DNA of 64,000 nucleotides from Octopus vulgaris (Eukaryota). The stretch is taken from contig OX597821.1 of assembly GCA_951406725.2 (NCBI GenBank), forward strand, positions 101,804,001 through 101,868,000, written 5' to 3'. The position numbers and the translations under genes were made by a program. The number at the start of each line of letters is the position of its first letter. The first letter of the stretch is position 1. The notes under the pieces were generated by a model. That model was not told where the DNA came from and searched no databases. It worked only from the letters and a program-made list of their open reading frames with translations. Of this stretch, positions 12,068 to 22,213 are shown one piece after another.

Positions 12068-13671
12068 CAGTTGTGGCCAAAATGTTCAGAATGGCATTGT
12101 TTTTGTCAGAAAAGTAGGTATAAGTTTTTATCAAAGTTGTTTTATATTTTATAATTTTCACAGACAATAAATACGATATTATTTTGGTGTAATTTGAGAG
12201 GATAATAAAAAAGTTATGGATGATTTAGTGATTTACTGCAAAACCCATGGCGGCCAAAATGATCAGAACGGTTGCTTTTACTCCATGTTTTAGTATATTT
12301 AACCGTCGAACTCTAATGTTTTGAATTTGTTTACGTGACAGTTCATTTACTAAACATTAGTAAGAATATCTGCAGTGTACTTTGTTAATATAATGCCACT
12401 TACTCCGTTACCAATTCGTCAGCAGATTATTAAGCTTCGAAAGAAGGATAATTTAAGTATTAGATCTATTGCAAAGATTGTTAACAAGTCAAAAAGTGTT
12501 GTTCACGGTATTCTTAAGGTCTACGATGATTGTGGTTCGTGTGAAGCAAGAAAGTCTACAGGTAGGCCAAGAAAAACGACCAAGAGAGAAGATCGTGCTA
12601 TGGTAAAGTTGGTTAAAAAGGACAGATTTAAAACTGCTGCTGCTGTTTTTCGGGAAATGAGCATTGTACTGAAGAAAACTTTATCTCGAAAAACTGTGTC
12701 TCGTCCTTTAGTTGAACATGACCTACAAGCAAGAGCCCCTGCAGTGAAGCCACTGATCAGCTCCAAGAATAAAAAGTGTCGTCTTACCTTTGCAACCGAA
12801 CATGTGTTGTGGTCTCAAGAAAAATGGCAAACAGTGCATTTCAGTGATGAATCTAAGTCTATGTTATTTGGCTCAGATGGGAAAAAGTACGTTCGTTGAA
12901 AAGCAGGTGAAAAATTGTCACTTAAATGCCTTAAGACTAGTGTTAAATTCGGTGGAGGAAGTGTCATGGTTTGGGGGATGATATCTGGAGATGTTGTGGG
13001 CCCTTTGCTGTGATTACATGGAAAGGTAAATGCAGGAGTTTATAAACAACTTGTAAAAGATCATGTCTTGCCTGTGTTGAGAAATTCAACTAAGCGACCA
13101 CCCATATTCATGCAGGACAATGCCCCATGTCACAAGGCTAAGGTGGTCATGAACTTCCTCAAGGCTGAAAAGGTTATTGTTATGGATTGGCCTGCTCAAA
13201 GCCCAGACCTCAATCCTATTGAAAATGTGTGGAATATTCTAGGAGAACGTTTGAAAGCCAGAAATCCTAAAACAACCGAGCAATTATGGAATGCCCTTCA
13301 GGAAGAATGGAATAAGATCACCCAGCAAGAAATTGAAAATTTAATTTCCCCATGCAGTCAAAAATGTCAAACTTTGATTGAAGCTAAAGGGCTTCACACT
13401 AAATATGAAATAATTCCAGCATTCTCAGTCACTTTTTGATTATTTTGTTATTTTTTCAACCATTCTGATCATTTTGGCCACCATGGGTTTTGCAGTAAAT
13501 CACTATATCATCCATAACTTTTGTATTATCCACTCAAATTACACCAAAATCTCCAATTAAAGTCGTATTTATTGTCTGTGAAAATTATAGAATATAAAAC
13601 AACTTTAATAAAAACTTATACCTACTTTTCTGACGAAAACAATGCCGTTCTGAACATTTTGGCCGCAACTG
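12068..13671 (+). mobile_element. Tc1-family (DD34E) IR/DR-type DNA transposon, 1604 bp, near intact
   Basis: TA target duplications; TIRs 12068-12274 and 13457-13671, each with outer and inner direct repeats (ggccaaaatgWtcagaaYgg); internal transposase. Confidence 0.97.
12393..13406 (+). pseudogene. Tc1 transposase, 338 codons in one frame with two in-frame TGA stops (12897, 13011)
   Basis: GRPR motif, FSDESK, KFGGGSVMVWG, QDNAPCH..WPAQSPDLNPIE (D-34-E), ends GLHTKY. Confidence 0.95.
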
Positions 13672-15280
13672 TATATATGTGTGTGTGTGTGTGTGTGTAT
13701 GTATATATATGTATGTATATACATGATTAATTTTTTTCCGTTTCCATCTACCAAATCCACTCCCAAGACTTTGGTCAGCCCAAGGCTGTAATAGAAGACA
13801 TTTGCCCAAAGTGCTGTGCAGTGGGACTAAACCTGGAACTATGTGGTTGGGAAGCACTTCTTACCATGCCTGTAAAAATGAATTAACATTTTTAAAAACA
13901 CTTATCCACTTTCACACAGTTGCTTGACTTATTAGAAATAGCAACCAACTCTCTCCCCAAACAACATGTTTTTCATCTTCAAAAACAAGGACACATTGTA
14001 TAATGTAGTTCTAGGTACATCACCTCAGAATATGAAACAATCACTGCTTGAATACTCTATCATCATAGATCTGTTTGATCAAGGCTGACTTGGGGCTAAA
14101 TAACAACAATTTTAACAATAAAAGTTTTAAAATTTAAATTGGTAACAAAGAATTCAATAACAGGTGAGATAGCTAGCTGTAGCCTGGAGTTTGGTCAAGT
14201 AATGAGTTATGAAAAACAACCAATGGGTTATAAAAATAACTACTATTAAGAGTATGTCTTGAAATTCATTAAGGGAGATAGGATCATGGAATTTAATATA
14301 AATTCCTATAAAGAAATATAGACAAACGAAACAAAGAAAAAAACTCAAAAACAACCATGATGATGGGCTCATGTCAGATAAACCAAGAAACAAAGGTTAT
14401 TTATCTATTATAAAACATTCACACTTCAAAATATATTTAACAATTAATTCACATTAAACATCTTTTTAAATATATGGCTGACAGAGACATTAGAAATGAG
14501 ATATTTACAAATAATGAATTTGTATTTACTTTTTTCTTTTTTTCTAGTTTATTTGTTGTCACTGCAAGTGACAAAAGAAAATCAGACACTGCTTTTAAAT
14601 AATTCATTAGATGAATTTAATAGAGATTCATTTGGAGCTAAGGTTATAATAGTTATGAAAGGGTTATGAACCTCTTTTCGTTTTTATACAATAGATAAAG
14701 TAAATATAATCACAATGTACAGATACATTAGACAATATTAAAAAAAAATTGATTTATTTTGCAATGAATGAAACAAGTCACAAAACCATTTTGTGTTTAT
14801 TGACTAACAGAATAAAGATATCCACATTTTTTTTTTTTTTTTTTTGCAATAGATGATGATAAGAAAATATATTTAGTGGAAAGATAAGCAGTAAACAATA
14901 ATACATCAGAAGCATTTAACTTTCAGCCAATAAGTTACTATTGCACAACTGAAAGTAGTTCAAAAGACCTCCATATTCATATTCAAAATGGGTTTCCTGA
15001 TTTTATTGATTCCAGTTTGAAACAATCATGTTTATCAAGTTTACCTTTGGGAAATTTAACAAACTTAACTTTACATAGACATAAAATTTTCAATGACACC
15101 CACATGCAAAACATTAACATACTTTTATCATATATTGTCCACCTTTTGTCATCTATACTCGTTAACATACTTAGTGCAAGGAGTATTATAAAACTAAATA
15201 GAAGAGAAAAACAATACTAAATGTAGAGAGAAACAATATTAACCAATGACTAATACTATTATAAATCTTTCAACTCATAA

Positions 15281-15439
15281 GATATGCCATACATACTTTG
15301 GTATTGTTATGACCTCATCAGCAAAGCATAGACTTCATTATAATAGGTGAAGTAGTGCTGAAACAATCACTTAAGTATGGTAAAGTCTATGCTTCATGGA
15401 AAAGGTCATGATAAAAACAAAACATGTCCAGAGTAGTCT
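15281..15439. repeat. Decayed palindromic element with a hammerhead-like motif in each arm
   Basis: Inverted arms aagtctatgctt..ggtcat; minus arm CTGATGA-GGT..ACC-AAAG-TATG-TA, plus arm ..GGT..AAAA-CATG-TC. Confidence 0.55.
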
Positions 15440-16187
15440 CCCATACATCCTGGGGAGACTAAAGAACCAACATACTATCAGCAATTGACAAGTATTGTTT
15501 TTTTTACACACCCTGAAATAAACTTCTACATAAAATGCTAACACAAACTTAACACTGCCCTGCCTCTTTTAAAAACAACTTTTATAGTTCTTATTTCCAA
15601 GTACTATTATCTAATAATATTTATTATTCAAAGTATTTATTTTTAAGGCATTGTGAAAAATGATAACCAATATTGTGGATGTTCGTCTGAATATTTACAA
15701 CAGAAGAGTAAACTGTAAAAAAAAAGACATCATTATCATCATCTTTATCATTGCTGGTATGGATTAAATGGGACATTTTGTTAATGTTTTATGACCAAAG
15801 CTCTTCAGTTACTCCTTATAACACAGAAATACAATATAACTATTCTAATTAACCAGAATATGCACTGCATAGATATTCAAAAGAAAACATGGCAGTCCCA
15901 AATCCTGAAAGAACAGTGTTTAGATAAGAAAACCCACCAAGGAATCGATGAGCTAAGAAAAGAGCATCAATAAACTCACTCAACCCACTAGAAATAAGAA
16001 AAAAGATCCCTTCAAATCACACCCTACTGCTTTAAAAATATCAGATATACTTTGTACACTATCCTTCTGGATACAGAAGAAGATGGGAACACAATCAGAA
16101 CTGAACTGAGGTTAAATAGAAAAGCTAATATAACCACTACCTTTATTATTATTATCCTCTCTATTTTAGAAAATATAAATAAACAGA

Positions 16188-17145
16188 AACATAGCAATGT
16201 GGTTAAAAAGTTCACTTCAAAGTCAAATGGTGCTTGGTTCCATCCCACTGCATAGCAGCTTAGCCAGGTATCTTCCATTGCAATCTTAAACTGATCGACC
16301 TATAGTAGAAGACACTTGCCCAAGGTGCCATGCAGTGGGACTGAACCCAGATCCATGTGGTTCGTAAGCAAGCTACTTAGCACACAGCCACTCCTACGCC
16401 TATAAATACATATATGAATAATAATCTAAGAAGGCAAGGAATGGAAAAGGTAAATGTAAACTACAAATGTTAAGTAACTTCTAACACACATAAAACCTGC
16501 TTAGCTAATCTTCAGGCCTTATCACCTTCAAGTTTTACTCATCTCCATACAACAATGTAAACAACTTGAAGGTAATAGAACCTGAAGATTAGCTAAGGAG
16601 GTTTTATGCATGTTATAAGTTATGTAACATTGTTTTAGCGATGAAACATCCGGGTTCAGTCCCACTGCGTGTCACCTTGAGCAAGTGTCTTCTGCTATAT
16701 CCTCAGACCGACCAAAGCTTTGTGAATGGATTTGGTAGATGAAAACTGAAAGAAGCCTGCCACAAACACACACATATATATATGTATGTATGTATGTATG
16801 TGTGTGTATGTATTTATGTGTGTGTCTTTGTGTTTATGTTTGTCCCCTCTCTCACCATCACTTGACAACCAATGTTGATGTGTTTACGTCCCTGTAACTT
16901 AATGGTTCAACAAAAGTAAAAGAATAAAAGAATAAATGTATATATATATATATGTATGTATGCATGTATATATAGAACACTATGGACCTGTTTTAGTTCC
17001 TGTCAGCCAAATTTACTTACAAAGTATTGGTCAGCCTAAGGCTACAGTATAAGACACTTGTCCAAAGCAGCACACCACACAGTGGAACTAAACCCAGATC
17101 AAGCAATAGGAAAGCAAGCTTTTTAACCACATAGCCATGCTTGCA
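16188..17145. mobile_element. Cluster of SINE fragments in both orientations
   Basis: CORE-type SINE pieces at ~16188-16290 (+), 16300-16400 (-), 16648-16930 (+), 16985-17145 (-). Confidence 0.8.
16466..16648. repeat. Palindromic element with CTGAAGA in each arm; plus arm continues to GAAA
   Basis: ~70 bp inverted arms; plus arm CTGAAGA-TTAGCTAAG..TTTAGCGAT-GAAA-CA, then truncated by a SINE. Confidence 0.55.
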
Positions 17146-17711
17146 CCTCTGATCATGAACTGCATAAAAATTATTAAAATTACAAATCCAGTCAATGTAT
17201 GCTATCTCACACACACTAAAAATGTTTAATGGAAATGCTTCCTCTTCATGGTCTCTTTCATTCAAAGAACTCATTGAAAACCAGACACATCAAAACAATG
17301 TGCTTAATCAGTGAAAAACAAAATTAATAGCTGAAAATCAATACTAAATAATTTCTTCAATTCAGCAGTAGAGCTTTTTAAAATACAAAGGCTATGTGGT
17401 TAAGGTATTGAATAACTAGCATAAATTTGCAAATCCAGCTCATAAAATGATATTTTACTTGGGATCCATTGAAAAAAGCAACTATCATAACAATTCAAAT
17501 GCTAATATACAAATTTGCAGAACTGTCTAATGCATGCTAAAGGGGATCTTCCTTTGTCTTTTACTTCTTTCAGAAATTAGTCTGTGGCCAAATGAATCAA
17601 CTCTAGTACTTATTTTTTAAAGGTCTTTTTTGCCAAACCACTAAGCTATGGAAATGTAAACAAACCAACATTGACTGTCAAGCAGTGATGTCAGACAAAC
17701 ACAGAGACACA

Positions 17712-17762
<51 letters not shown>

Positions 17763-17765
17763 TTA

Positions 17766-19008
17766 TGAGGTGGGGTACCCAAAAGAAACTGGAATTTTAC
17801 AATGTTATTTTATGCACTTAGTTTTACATGTTAAAACTTTTATCGCCTTCAAAGTATTCTCCATTTGAAGCAATGCATCGGTCCAGATGTGTTTTCCATT
17901 GTTCGAAGCAGTCCTGGAACCCTTGCAAAGTGATGCCTTTTAACACCTCCATCATTTTCTTTCTTCACCTCTTCCACATCTGCATTTTCCTTTTACTTTT
18001 TTCATTTAGGGAAACAAAACAAAATTTCAGGGAGGAAGACCAGGTAAGATGGGTAAGCAGGGTCATGCCACTTTTGGTCAAAAACTGTCTTACATTCAAG
18101 GTGGTGTGTGCAGGCACAATGTCTTGATGAAACCACCACTCTTCACATTGCCACATGTCAGGGCATTTTCCCCTCACTGCATCTCACAAACGCTTCAGAA
18201 CAGCCAAGTAAAATGTCTGGTTAACAGTTTGACCAGGAGGGACAAATTCTGTGTGGACAATTCCTTTCACATCAATGAAACAAATCAGCATCGTCTTGAC
18301 ACTGGACATCACTTGACATGCTTTTTGGGGGCATGGTGACATTGAATACTTCCATTGATTTGATTGATGTTTCGTTTCAGGGTCATAGCCATAGCATCAG
18401 CTTTTGTCACCAGTGTTCTTTCAGTTCATGGCACACATTCAGTCGTGACTGCTTTTGACTTTCTATGAGCAAGCAAGGCACAAATTTTGCTGCAACTCTT
18501 TTCATTCGCAATTCTTTGCTCAAAATTCGTTGGGAGGAGTTCCAGGACACACCAAGTCATATCAACAAGTTCATCAATTGTTTGGCAATGGTCTTCCAAG
18601 ATCAGTTCATGAATTTTCATGATGTTTTCATTCATTCGGGAGGCCAACAGTCACCCTGAATGAAGTTGGTCTTCATGTGATAAATGACCATTCCTAAAGC
18701 ATGGAAATCACTTGAAAACTTGTTTTGCTCATGGCGGCGTCCTTGTAAGCTGTTTGGGGCATGACAACTCTTTTGGCCACTGTTTTTCCTGGCAGAAAAC
18801 AGAATTTCATGGAAGCACATTGTTCCTTCGTTACAGTCATCGAAAAAAATCGATGAACAACGATGCACCAGCATGACTTTCACCCAACACTACCAGTCAG
18901 CAGACTGATGCCTGAGGATCACATCAAGTGGCTTCTAGTGGCAGAAGCCTGAACTGCAATGAGTTTGTCCTACAGAGAACGTTTCCAGTTACTTTAGGGT
19001 GCCCCATG
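17766..19008 (-). mobile_element. mariner-type DNA transposon, degenerate, ~1.24 kb
   Basis: TIR pair tggggtacccaaaagaaactggaa / ttccagttactttagggtgcccca in TA context; transposase fragments ENIMKIHELILED..TIDEL, KFVP, GYDPETK, WWFHQD..PAH, EYFEGD. Confidence 0.9.
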
Positions 19009-19010
19009 TA

Positions 19011-19047
<37 letters not shown>

Positions 19048-19048
19048 A

Positions 19049-19807
19049 CAAAACATTCAAATACTAAGATTTGAAATTAGATTACTGTTAATTTCATCTG
19101 TGGATAAGATTTAAAATTGAAATTGATGGTATCAACAGATGTAACATAGGTGGTCCATAGGTAAATAGCATTATTTAGCTATAAATTACAAATTTGCACA
19201 AAGCGTAAGGATGCTTAAAAATATACACTTGCTAGAAATAAAAGCTAAAGTCTTAAACCACCGTACAGCACCAAGATAACAGAGAAAAACAGTGGCTGAG
19301 GAGACAGAAAGAATTAATACATTCAAAAGCACAAAAATAAAAGTTTATGCAGTTTAGAACATCCACATATCCGGGTTTTGGCTTTTGGAAATTTAATCCT
19401 TGAGCCTCTTCAGTGTGAACTACCTAGTAAAAATTCAAGACAGTCACGTTAAACTCAGACAGTTCGACTGGTTTTGTTTTGCACCAAAAACAGAGCACAT
19501 GGTGCAGAAAAATTATAAGCAAAACATTCAATCACTAAGATTTGAAATTAGATGTCACTACTTTTAATATAATCTGTGGATAAGATTTAAAATTGAAATT
19601 GATGGTATCAACAGCAGTAACGTAGGTGGTCCGTAGGCAAATAGCATTATTTAGCTATGAATTACAAATTTGCACGAAGCGTAAGGATGCTTAAAAGCAT
19701 ACACCTGCTAGAAATAAGAGCTAAAGTCTTAATTAAACCACCGTACAGCACCAACATAAGAGAGAAAAACAGTAGGCAAGGAAACGGAAAGAATTAATAC
19801 ATTCAAA
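19049..19807. repeat. Partial tandem duplication A-B-A (period 471 bp; A ~280 bp)
   Basis: 19049-19327 and 19520-19807 align end to end with scattered substitutions and small indels. Confidence 0.9.
19362..19419 (-). ncRNA. Type I hammerhead ribozyme motif with two substitutions
   Basis: TTCACA-CTGAAGA-GGCT..AGCC-AAAA-CCCGGA-TA-TGTGGA; fully paired 6 bp stem I, stem II, near-palindromic stem III (CCCGGG ancestor inferred). Confidence 0.7.
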
Positions 19808-19916
19808 GAGTTAATACACACACACACACATGTATATATACATATATAATCAATTTTAAAAAATGGAGAAAAAGACAAGGAAAAAACAATGTGCAGATGT
19901 AGCACATGTAAGGTAT

Positions 19917-20939
19917 TGTTACGGGACCCCCGAAAGTCGCTACGGAATCCCACCTGCCGTCGCTCGTATCACTCGAAACCGGGATCCCAACAAGTCGAGC
20001 GACGACGATTGACCAGGCCCGATCGATCAGCGAATGTTCGCCACGGAAACTCGGAGAGGAGAGAGAGACAACAACAACAACAACAGCTGCAGGAAGAGAC
20101 ACAGAGACACAAAGAAACACAGCGGAAGGCAATTGGCTTACATTTAACGTACTAGTTTATAATTGTTACATAAAATACATCAAGATACAACAGCATTTAA
20201 AGAAAACAACAAATCAAGAAACAGGTATACAACAGATCAAAGCATTTAAACATGCAGATACAACATACAGTCCGGAGACAACAGTTCTGTTTCAAATCAC
20301 ATTAAAGGCATATACAATGTTCATAGACAAATAAGTTCACGTTACAAATCAATGTTCAATTAACGTACACTTCACATTAACGATACAGTTCATAGTTCAA
20401 TTAACACATATACAGTTCAATGTTCATTAAAGACTACAACAGAGTCTCTCTCTTTCTTTAACAGTTCTGTAACACATATCAATACAATTCACATCAACAA
20501 GTCCTTTACTCACTTCTGTAACAGTTCGCTATAGTCTCTTTACATAATTCACATATCAACACAATTAACACATACCGTTACATCAGCCAATGCCTCACAT
20601 TGTAATCCTCTCTCTTAGCTGCCTAATCCTCTGTATATCTTTCTCTGTCACAGCAGAACAAACCATTACTAACTCGCTGTACAATCCCAAATGCCGACTG
20701 CTAAATCCAACTGCCAACTGCTTGCCTTGTCACTACCCCAATCTCTCTGCTGGAACTGAACTACAGACTCACAGCTCCTTTTTATAAGATAGTTTCTTTG
20801 ACCCCTCCTTGACCGGCAAAAGGGTAGGGGTCCTTCCAAAAGCTATCACTCTTCAAAGGACTAAAACTTTGTATTCCAGACTTTCAGACTCCACCCCAAG
20901 CAAAGTAGGTCATAGAAGTGTCCCTGACCATTCACAACA
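19917..20939 (-). mobile_element. Solo LTR (~1023 bp), probably Gypsy or BEL
   Basis: TGTT..AACA termini, flanks gtat/ctat (4 bp TSD, 1 mismatch), CpG-rich end, internal TATA and Inr on the minus strand. Confidence 0.7.
20754..20786 (-). promoter_or_regulatory. TATA box plus initiator within the solo LTR
   Basis: Minus strand TATAAAAA (20786-20779) followed by TCAGTT whose A lies 29 nt after the first T. Confidence 0.6.
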
Positions 20940-20986
20940 CTATTAATAAGATGCTCAGAGTAAGAAAAGAGTGGTTGTTTTACGTG

Positions 20987-21450
20987 TATCATCATCATCA
21001 TCATCATCATCGTTTAACGTCCATTTTCCGCGCTAGCACGGGTTGGACGGTTCGACCGGGGTCTGGAAAGCCAGGGGCTACACCAGGCTCCAGTCTGATC
21101 TGGCAGTGTTTCTACAGGTGGATACCCTTCCTGACGCCAACCACTCTGCAAGTGTAGTGGGTGCTTTTTACATGCCACTGGCACAGGTGCCAGGGGAGTC
21201 TGGCAGCGGCCACATTTGGTTGGTGTTTTTAACGTGCCACCGGCACAGAAGCCAGTCAAGGCGGCGCTGGCATCGGCCACGTTCGGATGGTGCTTTTTAT
21301 GTGCCACCAGCACAGGTATCACAACTACTATTTCCATTGATATTTATTTCGATATTCATGTACTTGACTCAATAGGTCTCCTCAAGCACAGCGGGATGTT
21401 CTGGAATCCAAGGTACTTTGAATGGGCAGGGGTTATTCAGAACTGGTGCA
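20987..21450 (-). mobile_element. SINE-like retroposon with tandem hairpin units and (GAT)n tail
   Basis: Reverse homolog of 34490-34945; (CAT)n at the left end. Confidence 0.8.
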
Positions 21451-21478
21451 GGAAGCAATATATATATATATATATATT

Positions 21479-21660
21479 AAAAATGGGGAAGGCTGGTCTA
21501 TGGAATTACTTTAAGTTTCCCGTCCATAAAGGGTTTAGCTTTATAGCGTATCATCAGATCCCAAAACCTGTTGGCCCAAGGCCTCTTAAGAATATGGAGC
21601 CTCCATATGCTTTATGGATGGGAAATCTAAGGTAATCCCATAAACTGGCCTTCCCCATCT
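21479..21660. mobile_element. Palindromic double-hammerhead element, copy 1 (right arm internally deleted)
   Basis: Terminal inverted arms atggggaaggc..gccttccccat next to a (TA)n tract; homolog at 44556-44815. Confidence 0.85.
21501..21563 (-). ncRNA. Type I hammerhead ribozyme, intact catalytic core
   Basis: TGGGAT-CTGATGA-TACGCTATAAAG ctaaacc CTTTATGGACGG-GAAA-CTTAAAG-TA^ATTCCA; 6 bp stem I, stem II, short stem III, GUA cleavage triplet. Confidence 0.8.
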
Positions 21661-21714
21661 CTATATCTTAGAGCATACTTCTTTTGGATTTATGGTTTAC
21701 AGATGATCTATCTA

Positions 21715-21772
<58 letters not shown>

Positions 21773-21993
21773 TATACATACACAATAGGCTTCTTCCAGT
21801 TTCCATCTACCAACAAAATTCACTCACAAGACTTCGGTAAGCTCAAGGCTACAGCAGAAGACACTTGCCCAAGGTGCCATGTAATGGGACTGAACCTGGA
21901 ACCATATGATTGGGAAACGAATTTCTTACCACACAATCATGCCTGATGCCAACAAACCTATTTTAAGTTAATTGGCTAATGCTATGACATTAA

Positions 21994-22213
21994 CCATTTA
22001 GTAATTAAACCAGCCATATCCAGCCAAAATATTCTACCTGCTTTCTGTTCAAACAAGTCAGATCTGGCCTCTCACACTTACCCTACATTATCATTCTAAA
22101 AATATACAATCATATCATCAAAATCTTGAAGCTATGAGATAATGCACAAGTATTTCAAAACAAAGTGAATAGATAAGAAATACAGTTAACAGAATAATCT
22201 GAACACTAAAGAG
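21994..22213. mobile_element. piggyBac-type MITE, family A
   Basis: TTAA on both sides, ccatttag..ctaaagag ends. Confidence 0.75.

Noticed and set aside
12897-13013. Rescue of the two transposase UGA stops by A-to-I editing (UGA>UGG) or readthrough
   Set aside because: CpG deamination of Arg CGA explains both; Trp would replace expected Arg; no supporting structure seen.
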